The position numbers and the translations under genes are program-made. The notes under the pieces are model-generated. The model saw nothing but the letters and a program-made list of their open reading frames with translations, did not search any database and had not been told where the DNA came from. Shown in pieces: positions 38,459 through 52,288 of a stretch of DNA of 64,000 nt. Source of the stretch: Hypanus sabinus (Eukaryota); NCBI RefSeq assembly GCF_030144855.1, contig NC_082727.1, forward strand, positions 36,332,001 to 36,396,000. Reading direction: 5' to 3'. Every line of letters begins with the position of its first letter. Position 1 is the first letter of the stretch.

Positions 38459-39185
38459 CGAAGCTGTTAAAAACCAAGTAAACGCAGCATTGCCCATGTG
38501 AAAGAAATTTTGCACAGGGAATGGCAACATTCACCTCACAATCAAATCTCCGGATCCAGAAGCATACACTGTAGTCCCTGGACTGCAAAGGCAAGAAGAT
38601 TCAGCTGCACTGTGTTCAGCATGCATGCAGTGCAATGTTATGAGTATAGTTATTTCAGGTCAAATATGATTTATTCCAGGTTAAAGTAGTTTAGTTTCAA
38701 TACCTTGAAAAATATTGTGCTATGCAATGGAATTTCAGAGGAATATGCATTCAATGGAATGCATATAAATGATAGAAGCTAGGCATTTTTTTCAGAACTG
38801 TTGTTTGGTGATGGAGTGGGTGGGTTCTAATGTACAACAATCTTGTTTTTCCAGTCTAGATTTCAACTTGGAGGCCTGCCAAGCTGTATCTAAGAAAACA
38901 AGGCCCTTGCCAGCTCTGGGAACCTGACTGTTACAAAAGCCTCAGCCTTCCTTCCATGGAACTCTGTGAAGGGGCAAAACAGGGAAACACAAATAGTTAA
39001 AAGACTGTCTGTAATGACTGCCAGGTATGCTAAGTAGGCAGATTAAAGTTCAGCCAATCAGGTTGGGTCTGATGGGTGAAGTGATATCTTACTGGTGCTA
39101 ACCGAACCTGGCTTGCAACTGGATCCAGGCAGCTCTGCGTCAACCTGCAATGTTGTTTCAGTGGCATCATTTCTTGGAAAGAACT

Positions 39186-39216
39186 GGTTTCATTTTCTAG
39201 GATAAGTTTCTATTCA
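39186..39216 (+). promoter_or_regulatory. ISRE (duplicate) upstream of pseudogene A copy 2
   Basis: Identical to 13688-13718. Confidence 0.55.
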
Positions 39217-40068
39217 CCATCAGGAAATTGTTGTCAATCTGTTAGTGCAGGGAATCAGAACACAGGACAGACTTCTCCATTGACTCAACATTAAAAGTGC
39301 ATCTGAAGCTGTGAAAGAAATTCAAAGGACATTATTTCAAAGGGACACAATGAGTTGCAGAACTCTGTAAATTCTCCTGTATTTAAATTTATTTTTTAAC
39401 CATTGCACAGAGCTTGATTATGGAAGAGTGCCGAATGTATTGCTGTAACTGTAACAGGAGCACAGTGTTGGTGTTGTGCATTCATAGGCACATCATTAAA
39501 GGCAGATCAGGCTGCTTGTGTCAAAAGTAAAGCAGAGTTATTATCTCAGGCCAATAAGCTTTCATTGCAATAATTATCAGCCAGTTAAACAGATTACAGC
39601 CAAGTCAATTATTTCTACACCACCAGACAAATAAACATATCCACAACTTTCTGTTGTTATTTACACGTCTTGTATCTGCAACACTTTCTGTAACATTTTG
39701 GATGCTCAGCAGTACCAAGACATGTGAGAGTCAGACATCAGACAATCTCAGCATCACACAGACAAAAATAGACCTTTGGCCCATCACTGAAGTTGCTGCC
39801 GCCTGATTGGCTGATTGGATATTTGCATTAACGAACAGGTGTTCAGGTGTACATAATACAGTGTACATCTGGATGTATAGAGTAATAATGTAGATATAAA
39901 ATAAAGGAAACATCCATTTGTGCTCTGTATATGTACAATTTGAAATTTATTCATGTGTTGTTTAAAGTTTGGAGGTCACAATAACTCTCGACGTTGTTAC
40001 ATGTAATAATGAGAAGAAAAATGATTATGTATGAAGTGATGAATTTCATGAACTTTCTTCACTTGCAG

Positions 40069-40843
40069 CAATACACAGAGAGATTTGTTGAAAGAGAAGC
40101 TCGATCAGCTTCAGTGTCACTTCACGTGGGGCCCTCAGAAGGGAACCATTGACTTGGAAGATGTGATGTCCCGAGTGCAAAATGCTAGAAATCTCGGTGT
40201 GAAATATCAAGGCACATGTCATAACAAACATCACTTTCATAAATTGTCCGCAGGGAAACAATAAAGAAGCCATTCAGAACTTCAATGAAACTCTTGCCAT
40301 ACTGCATTTTGCCAGAAAGCTAAGTTGTTTAATCAATGCAAGTATCACTTTGGAAAGGCATTTGAGCATCGTCCAATATCAGCTATTGAACCACAACTGG
40401 ATTTTGCAGTTATAAGTGTAAGAAATGGAGAGTATTCCAATGTGAATGAGACCTACAGTGATCTTTTGAAATTAGATGATATTCATCCAGTAAGTTTGCA
40501 GAGAATACAGTATGTCTACATGCTGGGACATTTGAACCATACCAGTGAAGGTGTGAATCAAATGCCACCAGTCTATTCCTTTAAGGACTGAAGGTTGAAT
40601 ATGACTCAAATGAATAAAAACAAGTGTCATGATAAATTGGAGAGGAGGACAGATCAAAAGCATTGTAAGGTTCCACATGATAGTAAGGCATTTGTTATGA
40701 AAGTGTCACTGGACCAGCTGAATGGCAACAAGACTAAAGCTATGGAATAGTTTGAGAAGGCCTTGGAGTTCGATCATGAGAAGGAATGTCTAATGATTCA
40801 TTGTGAACTCTGTCTTTCTATTGAGGAACATAACGACACTTGA
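40069..40843 (+). pseudogene. IFIT pseudogene A, copy 2
   Basis: Duplicate of 14571-15345. ORF 40325-40591 shows QCKYHFGKAFEHRP...QLDFA. Confidence 0.9.
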
Positions 40844-40952
40844 AAGATTTTTGCTTCTGCTTGATCTGAGAAGCAGTTTGTCTCACTAGTCTCACACGTA
40901 TATTCTTGCAGCACATTCTTCACTGATATATTTATTTAAGTTTTTAATTTTA

Positions 40953-41964
40953 TGTAACACTCTGGTTAAGATTTTCATTGCTATTCTGTAGGTGTTTCAT
41001 TTTAGCTGTTCTGTAAGAGCAGTCCGATCTGCCTTTAGCATGTTTGGGTCTGAGCTAAAGATAATGGGCTTTGTTATTTGTTATGAATGTTGTGTCAGCC
41101 AATCAGGTTGGAGGTGGAAATGGGACAAGGTCCCAGATTACGCTGGGAGGAGAGGTCTTTGTGACAGACTCTGGTGTGGGTCGAAGTCTTTTTTGGTGGG
41201 AGGTAGGAGAAGACAGTTGGGAAGATGTCTGAGAATGCCATTCCTATTCCACAAGGTGCTTTGTGCAGATGAATGGCTTCATGGATGACGATCCAAAAAT
41301 TCTGTGAGGGAGACCACTTGTTTGACATGGATTTCGAGCGGCATTCAGAAGGGGCTGTGTGCTTCCATGCAGACCATGGCATGAATTAAAGATAACTTCA
41401 AGATGTGCTCCAATGTAGGTGCACATTGCAACTGGGTTGACTGTAATGAGCCTTTTTTATATTTTTCCTTTTCTTTTTCCAACTAATTGTTCAATAAAGC
41501 AGATAGTTGAAGAACATTGAACATAGAAAACCTACAGCATAATACAGCTCCTTCAGCCCACAAAGCTGTGTCGAACATGCCCCTACCTTAGAATTACCCA
41601 GGCTTTACCCATAGCCCTCTATTTTCCTAAGCTCCATGTAGCCATCCAGGAGTCTCTTAAAAGATCCTATTGTTGCCACCTCCACCACAGCCACCGTCTA
41701 TATTCTTTACAATATACGCAGTGTACGATCTGCTACTTCTTGCTGATGGCAAAATGCATGGGATAGTATTAACACACTTCTCGCTCAGATTTGGGGACGG
41801 TTGGTCGAAACATCCCGGCTCTACAAGTCTGGTGGGACCCAACTCATTGACTTTAGCCATACGGAGTTCAAGAGAGGTGGTTTTCTCACTGCTGAATACA
41901 TTGGCTGGTTAGTGAGAGGCTAACCAGCCCTGTTTTTAGAGATGTACGCTCAAACTGCGTTTCA
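40953..41964 (+). mobile_element. Solo LTR (duplicate)
   Basis: TGTAAC...GTTTCA termini with TTTA TSD. Confidence 0.65.
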
Positions 41965-42637
41965 TTTATTTTGAGATACAGTGTGGGACAGGTCCTTCCA
42001 GGAAATGAGCCACACTGCCTAGAACAGGCTGAATCACAGAGCAATTTAAAATGACCAATCAACCCACGAACTGTACATCATTGGACAGTGGGAGAAAACT
42101 GGAACACCAGGAGGAAACTCAGGGAGAGAATATACAAACATCCCTTACAGGTGGTGCCAGATTTGAACTCCGAACATCCCAAACTGTAATAGTATCACTA
42201 CAGTAGCAACCATGTTTGAAAGTGTGATTTTCAAATATTAACTTTGTTATCATCATTCCCAGTCCTTGTGATTCATTGAAGATTACTCACTCCAGTATTC
42301 AGAAACAAAAGTGGGTTTGGGGGATTTAAGTCTAAAGGAACCAACTCTGAAAATCACGATGACTCTTCGTATGAGATTCCTTCACTGCAGGTGACACGAA
42401 GGTCGGTGGTGTTATGGAGAGCGCAGAAGTGAAAGGCGCTTACTGACCATTCAGGATACAAGAGGATGCATGTGTACTTGTTTGAGACAATATATAGTGT
42501 ATGTAAGTGTGTTTGTGTTCTTTAAGGTTAAGTCTGAATCTTTAACGTAACACACTTTTATACAACAGACATCGTAAGTTCAGTGGCACAAAAGTGGAAG
42601 ATTGCAGAGAACATACCATGTGAATTTAAGTATGTAC

Positions 42638-44275
42638 TGTTTAATTTTTATCCATCCCGCATATCTGATTCATATGGGAATTAGTTTGGAGAGTTTTGAG
42701 GGAGAGGTTGGGATGGCACATATTGAAATCAGACAATGACAGGTTGCAAATCCTGATGACACGAGCCAAAACTTGACCCTGGTTACTATCATTCACAAGT
42801 CTTTCATCAAGGGGAATAACAGAGCATTTTGTATGGACTGACCTCACTTCAAATATCTTGTGCAATTTCAGAATATTCTCGTACAAGCTTGCAAAATGAT
42901 TCAGGTTCACCAGGTCATTCAAAAGATATTTTGTTGTGGTAAAAGTGAAATGCACGAGCAATCTGTGGGACAGAATAGAGCAGGGGAGAGTGGGATGGTA
43001 CACGGACAACTTGTGGGAGTAACAGTAATGAGGAGAGATATTGATGCTTTAAGGTTGAAGTGAGGCAGTGACAGGGAGGAGGTGAGAGTAACTGGGGAAT
43101 GATAATGCCCGTGGTTCAGAGAGCTGATGAGCCTGCCATGGATTTTGCAGAGCATAAATATCAAGCATATGAGGAACACTCCAGTTGGAAAATCCAGGGA
43201 TGGCTGATCCAGTCTCCATGAAAATGCAGAATGAAGGCCTGAGCTCAACCCACCAGGAAGTTTTAGATTAGAGGATAGTTGTGAAATTGACATATTCCAC
43301 CTGAGAGATAAATCACAGGAGGAGGAGGAGAGGTCATAAAGTGGCTGTAGGGGATGTAGCTGCTATGAAGACACAGTGGTCATGCTTTCTGTGTCAGCAA
43401 ATAGGGCACCTGGCAAGGGAGTGCCCAAATAGACATAGATTGGTAATGGTGATGGCACAGTATGTTACAGCTAAGGTCTACCAGGGCATAGTTAGATAAC
43501 ATGTCCAACAAAACAGAGAAACTTGCGAAAATCACCCAGCAAAACAGGCAGAAATTATAGCAGCGCTTTCGCTGATTGACCAGATTATTAAGTTGGGAAG
43601 TCAGCATCCAGGTCAGACAAGTAGCTGGTGGCTGCATCCATTGTCAATGCTGGTCACCCAATGATGTACACAAGCGGTTTCTTTGTATACTAGCAACGTG
43701 ATATTCCTGTGGACACTGGGTTACCAGTGAATAACTGATCCAGCTTTGCCAGTGGCTGGAGAGATGATTTACATTATGAGTGTAGAGGTGAATGAATGAG
43801 GGCAGAGAGAAGGGAGCCTCACATATTTGAGATTGAGGGATCGCAATGATGCAAGCACCGATAACTGGATCCGTTAAATTGAATGTGATCTGTTTTCTGA
43901 AATTCAGATAACTGGAAAAGGCAACTGAGACCATGTGGCATACAGATTTTGGATCTGATCCCTGGTTTGCGATCTGGGAACTTTACCTTGATCCTGGGAT
44001 CAGCGACCACTGGAGTGGGATGAGCCCACAGTATGTGAGCATTCAGTTTGATAACCCAGGATGTGATAATAATTTGAATCAAATCCTGTGGTGCTCTGTC
44101 ATGTAAGAATAGGGAGCTGATTGGGAGTGAGGAAAGCAAGAATTACATGGAGGAGTTTGTCCTCTGAACAGATGACATGATTTCTGAGTTCTCCAGTGAG
44201 GAACTGACTTTTCTCAGTCAGTTCCATTTAGTGAACAGTGACAGATGTAATGAAGTTTACAGCTGCTGATGAGCC
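42638..44275 (-). other. Candidate Mononegavirales-like L EVE, copy 2
   Basis: Duplicate of 17150-18787 at offset 25488. GSVIHW* at 43741-43721. Confidence 0.6.
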
Positions 44276-45180
44276 GATAAGACCGTAAGACCTTAAAACA
44301 TAACAGAATTAGGCCATTTGACCCATCGAATCTGCTCCACCATTCGATTATGCTTGATCCTTTCTCCCCTCCTCAGACTCATTCACCGGCCTTCTCCCAA
44401 TAACATTTGGTACTGTGGCCAATCAAGAACTAAAAATATCTGCCTTAAGTACACCCAATGACCTGGTCTCCACAGCTGCCTTTGGTAACAAATTCCCCAA
44501 ACTCACTACCATCTGGCAAAAGTAAATGTTTTAAATGAATATTTCTCTACCCTGAGGCTGTGCAGTCTTGTCCTTGACTTCCCCACTACGAGAAACATCT
44601 TCTCTGCTTAGGCCTTTCAACATTCAAAAGGTTTCAATGAGATATCACCCATCCTTCTAAATTCCAGCAAGTACTTCCAGAGGCATCAGCTGTAACTCAT
44701 ACAATAAGACTTTCATAGAAACGTAGTAAACCTACAGCACAATATAGGCCATAATGCTGTGCCAAACATGGACTTACTTTCACTCCTGCAGTCAGCTTTA
44801 TAAACCTCCTCTGAACCCTCTCCAATGCCAGCACATCTTAAACAAGGAGACAAAATAGTTCAAAACATTCAAGGTGAGGCCACAGCCATGCTTTATAAAG
44901 CCACAGCTTCACATCCCTGCTGTTATATTCAACATCTCATGAAATGGATGCAAATTTTGTATTTGCCTTCCTCACCACTAACTCAACCTGCACGCTAACT
45001 TTTAGAGCGTTCTGCACAAGGACTCCCAAGTCCCTTTGCATCCCAGATTTTTTTGATTTTCTCCCCAGTTAAGAAATAGTCTGCACTTTTATTTCTTCTA
45101 CCAAATTGCATAACCCTGTACTATCCAATATCATATTCATTTGCCACTTTTTTGGCCATTCTCCAATCTGTCTGAGTCCT
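44276..45180 (-). mobile_element. CR1 3' fragment (duplicate)
   Basis: Duplicate of 18788-19692. Confidence 0.7.
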
Positions 45181-48100
45181 GTAAACTTACTGTTTTCTCA
45201 AAAGAGAAACTGGGAAACAAAGGCTAATTAGATTACCATTTGCTTTTGGCAACATGTCAGAATTCCAAAATCAACGGAGAAAAAGCCATCTGGGAAAGCT
45301 TTTAATGCAGTTAAACCAAGTCAAAAGGGAATATATGTTTGGCAAATTTGCCCACCGTACAACCAACGGTTGATTATGAACAAGCAATCATGAAACTGCA
45401 TGATGCTGTCTATTAACAAGAAACAGCCCATCCCAATGCATTTCACATTCCAGGCCCGTTTGAAAAAAAAACCTGCCCAGTTTTCTCCAGCAAGTAACTT
45501 GTTGCACCAGAAGTCAAAAACACTAGTCCACTGCTACATACAACAAGGAATGCCCATCATTCCTTGCTAAAACCACGTTTTGGTTAAGTCGGATTATTTG
45601 ACTGTACTCCTTCCTGCACACCGAGAGAGCCTAAAGTGGCTTGCATGGATTCTGACAATAAATTTTAGGTATTCAAAGTGGTGTCACACAAAACTGCATA
45701 GTTTACTGTACTGTGATGGATACTCCTCAGTTCATCACAGGAAAAGACATCCCCACCACTGAGCTTATCCACAGAAACCACTGCCATAAGAAAGTAGCCT
45801 CCCCCATCAAGGTCCACCACCATCCAGGCCATGCAATCTTCTCACTGCTGCCATCGGGAAGGAGGTACAGGAGCCTTAGGTCCCACACTACCAGGTTCAA
45901 AAACAGTTATTGACCTTCAACCATCAGGCTCCTGAACCAGTGTGGATAACTTCATTCACCTCAACTCTGAACTGATTCCACAACCTACGGACTCACTCAG
46001 TCAAAGTCAAAGACTCTACAACTCATGCTCGCAGTATGTATGTATTTATTTAATGACTGAGCACTTGCACAGATTGCCTCCTTTTGCATATTGGTTGTTT
46101 TCCCTGTCTTTGTGTAGCTTTTCATTGATTTTATTGTATTTCTTTCGCTACTGAATGCCTGCAAGAAATCTCAGGGTAGTGCATGACAATGTACATGGAC
46201 TTTGAAAATAACTTATTTTGAATTTTGATAATTAATAAATGAGTATGCAAATTAAGATCTTACAATACTGGGGAAGCTGTTGATGAGTATTATATGACAG
46301 TAATTGAACAGAGGGCAGAGAGTTCAAATGATTTGTCCTTTATCAGTCTGAAGAGACCTAACTAGTGCAATGCTCAAAGAATCAGTCCTTGGTCCTCACT
46401 TCATCACTATCTTGCATGATGAGTTGGAGGACTATCACACTGTGGGATATTCAAGTTTGCCCTTTTTGAGGGAAGACGAGCTGCAGGGAGGCTCCTCAGA
46501 AGCTGTCACAGAATTTAGCTCCTTTCTTGTATGAAACAATAATGGTAACCAGCCAGTGCAATGAAGATGCATATGCCATTTGCCTTTTCAGTGAGGTGAG
46601 GTCACACCTGGAGTGTGGTACTCAACTTGGTAACTTTATATATGAGGATCTGGCTGAAGGGTTTCACTGGCCGGCAGTGATATTGAGGGACGGGGCCACC
46701 CTCTTACAGGTGAAAAGACCCTGTGCTGTGTACCGTTTTGAGGAGCACCTGAGAAATGGCCTGCCATTGAAGACTGAGCTTGGAACAATCAAAATGTGCT
46801 GAGCTTTGGCAGCTGGCTGGCCATTGAATGTTTTGACTCACTGAACTTGTTAGACAAGCCCAGGCAAGTCATCTGCCTGTGGGGAGTTGGAGGGATACTA
46901 GTCTTTGTGGAGTGACCTTGTGATGCAGTGTTATTTGTCTGGTGTTTTGTTCACCTCCTCTTCCTCAGTGAAATCTTTGATACTCTCAGCACTCCCTTGG
47001 TCCAAATTCTCAAAAGAAACAAACATTTAAAAGAAATCAGGGGCAGGAAATCTGAAACAAAAATAGAAAATGCGGTCTTTTTGCATATAATCCACATTTT
47101 CATAAACTTGGAAGATGCTTCCATTTGGAATGGGCAACAATGAAGCTGGGAATGAAAGGGTTACCATATGAAGAGTGTTTGATGACTCAGTCTGTACACA
47201 CTGAAGTTGTGAGGTTTCGTGGGGGGAGGGGTGGAATCTCATTGAAATCTATCGAATATTGACAGGACTATATAGAGTGAACTTGGAGAGCATGTTTTCA
47301 AAAGTGGGATAGTCTAGGACCAGAGAGCACAGACTCAGAATAGAAAGATGTTCCTTTTAGGTCCAGAGCTGAGTACACCTATCCTATTCCCAGCCAAACA
47401 TCCTTTCCTGTCCTTGACCACCAATCTCTAAATCTGATCTCCTCAGTGATTTGTGTCTTTCAAACATATATGAGCATTGAATGCTGAGGTCCTGCCCAGT
47501 GTGTGCTGTCTCATGTTCCACCAACACAGGCCTGACATTGGCCAGGGGTGGAATGTCTTCTGCAACCAGGATGATGATGGAAGACTCCCTCTACAGATAG
47601 AACTGATGACACTTACCCAGCAGATGCTCTAGGTCAGGGGAACAGGACTGAGAAAAACCATCACATCTGTACACTACAATCAGTTAATCAGAAGCAAACA
47701 CTGTCACCTCTGCCTTTAACTGATGCCATTGTCTCGGCCATGCAGTGGAAGGTGAAGTCCTTCGAATGAAAGACCACGTCCAGAGTGCCAGAGGTGAGCC
47801 ATCTTTCTGTGAAGCACAGTACACAGCAGTCTCTGATGTACTCCAACCTTGCTCTGAGTTTCTCAATCTTATTTTCCAAATTGTGAACATTAGCCAGGAG
47901 GATGGTGGGTTTGGTACTCAGAGCCCCATGTTACCTGAAACTCATCCAGGCTGGAGTGTTTTCTTAAAGGGAAACTGCACTCACTACCCCAGTGGTCTGC
48001 AGACAAGTCTTCTGATTTTGAAGATCAGATTTTACAAACCTCTAATAACAATGTTGCTTATGGAAATACCACCAGATGTGATTGTAGATTCCAGCTGTGG

Positions 48101-49249
48101 TAGTCCTAATTGGTAATATTTCATGTTTCCTTTCAGAGCTGCACAGACACATTTTGCCATTCTCCAGCACCATGTTACCCACCAAGAGCATCATCTGGCT
48201 GGACATCCAACTTTGTCTGAACACAGGAGCCCAGATGTTCACATTGATCATTCCTGTCAACATAAACAAGTGCACCAATTTTCACTAAACACTTGCAGAA
48301 AATTTTAACTGAATCTCATTCACACATTCCAGCTGCTGCCAACGTTATGATTTTCTGCATTTTATCTGGTCAACTGGCAATTAAAACAGGGAGAGCACAG
48401 TAGAAATTTGCTATTGCTGTATTTGACCAGAAAGATCATTCACTTAGACCAGGTGTGGAGGGACAGCTGGATCCCCACGAGGAGAAGGAAACAAAAGGTT
48501 AGACCTGGATCAGCGCTTCAGAGGGACAACTGAGCAACACCATCAGACAATTCACCGTCTCCAACACAATGTCCCCACTAAGCCACAAGTGAGAGTCCTC
48601 TTTAAATAAAGATAGACTGCAGGAAACTTGTTCCAGCCACAATTAACTTGACAAGATTACATCAAAAACACAAGGGCTTAACAACTCTAGTTAAGATATT
48701 GATTATTAAATACAGTTGCTCAAATACCCAAGGCAGCAAGCTGCAGGGCTCAAGATAATTTCTTTTAGGAATACGGCATGGAATAGGCCATTCCAGCCCT
48801 TTGAGTCGTGCCATCTAGCAACTCGCAATTTACCACTAGCCGACACTAACACTACAATGACCAATTATCTACTAACTTGTACATCTTTGGATGTTTGGAG
48901 GAAATTAGAGCAGCCGGAGAAAATCAACACATTTCACGGGGATGAAATTAAAAGTCCTTACACAAACACCCAGCTTGAATTCCAAACTCTGAAGCCTGAG
49001 CTGTAATAGTGTCGTGCTAATTGCTGTGCAACTGTGGCACCCCATGGTGTTTTAAATAATTAAAACACAAATGCAAATTTAATTAAAATCGTTAAAATAT
49101 TATAGTTTAAAAATGTAACTAGAAAGTGAATTTTAAAAAAAAACCAAAAAGGTGACATTTACTTTATGACTGAAACTCAGCTACCTCATTCATATACTTT
49201 AGACCACTCTAGGTACTCCAGCTATGTGTTCTGTTGTGTAGGATGGAGG

Positions 49250-49460
49250 TGATGTACCATCAATAACTCTCAGAGATGGGAAGCAAATGACAGGCTTTTA
49301 TTAGCTGCAAGAAACGACCACATAACATCCTGGTGACTGAGGGGGGAGCAGTGCCTCCAATCGCCTTTATACAGGGGTCTGTGGGAGGAGCCACAAGAAC
49401 AGTCAGCGGGGGGGGGGGGGCAGGGGGGCATGTCCAGACAGGTATATGTAGTTCACCACA
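49250..49460 (-). mobile_element. Short solo LTR (duplicate)
   Basis: Duplicate of 23617-23825. Confidence 0.55.
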
Positions 49461-50070
49461 GGCGATCCAGTGTTCTGTTGTGCCGTGACCAAGGTCCAAT
49501 GTTCTGTTATCCTCAGAATATCCACACCGTAGTCTGGAGACATAGAAACAAAGCACATGCCAACCTGTGAGGTTGAAAACAATCTTTCTTATTCAAATTG
49601 CCAACGAGAGGTGACTTGGTTCCAGGTCATTTTCCTTTTTGAAATATCTGTTTGATCTGGTGTATTTTAACATCTCTTTTTGGCAGAAGTTGTATCATTC
49701 ATACATTCTTAATCAATCTAAGAATCAGTAAGTCCAGACCAAATCAGTCTCTGGAGTATTTTAGTTACAACTTCTGGAAAGACTGGGAGTTCATCTCCTA
49801 CTTAATTAATCTAATGGGGCACTATTTCATAAAACTTGAGGAAATAGCTCCAGAGATTCAAGATTTTAAAGTGCAAGTGATTCAGGAAAAAATATAACTA
49901 CTTTGTAATCATAGATTGTTGCCTATCACTGCAATATTTAGCAGGTCTAACAATAGTGCCTCTGATTTTTACATTAGATATCAGTCTGGTGGGCATGGTG
50001 AAGGCACACAGCAAGAGGTAAACACCCTTGCTTATTGATATTGGACCATGGCATAAAAAGGTTGGAATCC

Positions 50071-50800
50071 ACTGACCTAGATGATGTGAAACACAGATTA
50101 CAAGATTCAAGAAAGATTGGTGGGAAAATCAAGACCAGCCTCGCAGCCAATTTGATTTTGTGAACTATTTGCAAAGCAACTATGAAAAAGCAGTTCAAAA
50201 TTTCGAGAAAGCAGAACGGGCTTTGAGTGTTGCGCAGACATGGCAGTGGTACAAACCCAAGTGCTGAACACAGGCAAGGAGGCTGAGTCGGGAGGCTTTG
50301 TTGTCATAACAAGCGTGGGAAGGTTTCCAAGGGAGTCTTTGTTTTTTGTAGGTAATTCAGGAACGAGGTTAGACTTAGAACTGATAGTCCAAAGAACCAT
50401 GGAATGAGATTACTCATACACAAGTCAACCAACAAACTGGCACCTTCTGGTTGTGGTCACAGGATTCTTCTACTGCATTGGTTGATGGAATGCAGGTGTT
50501 TGTAGTTATTGGAATGATTGGGAACTAAACGAGGTTGTTAAGGCCCAATTCCAGGTGCCAGGAGGGACCATGACACTGAGAAAGAAGCACGTGGATGGAT
50601 GGGAAAGAATAATTATTAATTCCTATGGAAACTATGCCTGGATATGTTACGTAGGATAACTGACTGAGGCCCAATCCTACATCTACAATCTGGAGATGAT
50701 TTGCAAACTACCCAGTCACGGCCTTCTCTATACAGCAATGATAGCTGGTGTGTATGGGGAGAAGGGACAGTCACTGTTGACTTCTACTGCTGAACATAAT
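50071..50800 (+). pseudogene. IFIT pseudogene B, copy 2
   Basis: Duplicate of 24436-25140, with the same stop and frameshift. Confidence 0.85.
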
Positions 50801-52143
50801 CACTGAGGTTGTGAGGTCAAGACCCCACCTTACTGTATGAGAGATCCATTCAAGAGACTTATAACAGCAGGACAGAGCTACCATTGAGCATGGTTTGACA
50901 TGCTTTCAGGTGTTTGTATCTTCTGCCGAGTGGGAAAGGAGAGAAGGAAGATCATCTGGAGGGGATTATGCTGGCTGCTTTACTGAGGAGTCCACAGGGA
51001 GGAGGGATGTTACCATGATATGCTGAGCTGTGTCTACAACTGCATTTCCTTGTTGTCTCGTGCAGAGCAGTTGCCATAAGAGGCTGTGATGTGGCCAGAT
51101 ACAATGATGTCAATGGTGTATCAATAAACTTCGATCAGAGTCCACAGGGAACTGCCAGATATCTTTTGCATTAGTGAGCTTTCTAGACTGTAGTGTCAAC
51201 ACGATTGTACCAGGTATGTACAATGTGAATGTTCCACTGTACATTTTCCAAATTTGGTTCAATGCCTCTTTAAAATTACAGAGAGCATGACAACATTTTT
51301 ACATAGAATGATGACTTGCAGGTAAGAAATTGGAAACCATATTTCAGAACAATGTAAATTTAATCTCAAGTTACATATAACAGTAATACTGTGGACGAGG
51401 AACACATGGATGCCAATTTTTTAAGACAAGTAACAGATAAGACGGGATCTAGACGAGATTGAGACTGGATTATCGTGGAGTGGGTATTGTGACAATGAGA
51501 AAGAATAATTAACAATTTTGTCCTGCGTGGGCTGTATGGAGAGTGTCCAGATCATATTAGAATTCTTCATTAATATGCTGGGTGAAGTCACAGAAAGAAA
51601 TCAAGGGTGAGAACCTGAACAAATTAAATTATGACGACCCATTTCATTGGCAAACTATTCAATGGTTTGATTGTGAATAGGCATTGCATGATGTTTACAG
51701 AATGAACTACAACAATGATTCATTGCTGATTAGCATACAAAGACATAAAGAAAAAAGTGTCAAACCTGTGGTGGAACTTCAGCACAAAATTAGACCAAAA
51801 AAAGCAGCCGCTTGAGGATTGGGGGCAGTTCAGAGTTCAGCCAAAGAGGGCAGAAATATTGATTAACAGTGGGAAGATGTGGTGTGAGAGTAAACTGGCA
51901 GGGGACATTAATCTGATAGTAAATATGGAAACTGAAATAAGATAGTGACCAGAATTGCAGATTACTTACAATTACAAACAGAGAAAATTATAAATAATTG
52001 AACAAGGATGCTCAGAGTGACACACTACACGGGCATTCTGGTGAGGTGCAGACTATTTCTATGCAAATCAATGCTTATATTGGCATACAGGAAATGCTTC
52101 TAAATTGCTTTCAATGGCCTCAGGGTTATTGATAGGCTTTGAA

Positions 52144-52202
52144 TTTCAATTTCTATTCACAATACAGAACTAGTTGATAGTAGAAAAGGTTACCAGGTAT
52201 AA
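52144..52202 (+). promoter_or_regulatory. IRF/ISRE core and TATA-like box of IFIT gene 3
   Basis: TTTCAATTTC at 52144-52153 and TATAA at 52198-52202. Confidence 0.6.
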
Positions 52203-52288
52203 CAGCTGACATAGCAACGGAGACTCAGCAGAAGAAGAACCACACAAACTGAGAAAGAGCACAATTTGCTTTCCATCCAACGAACATC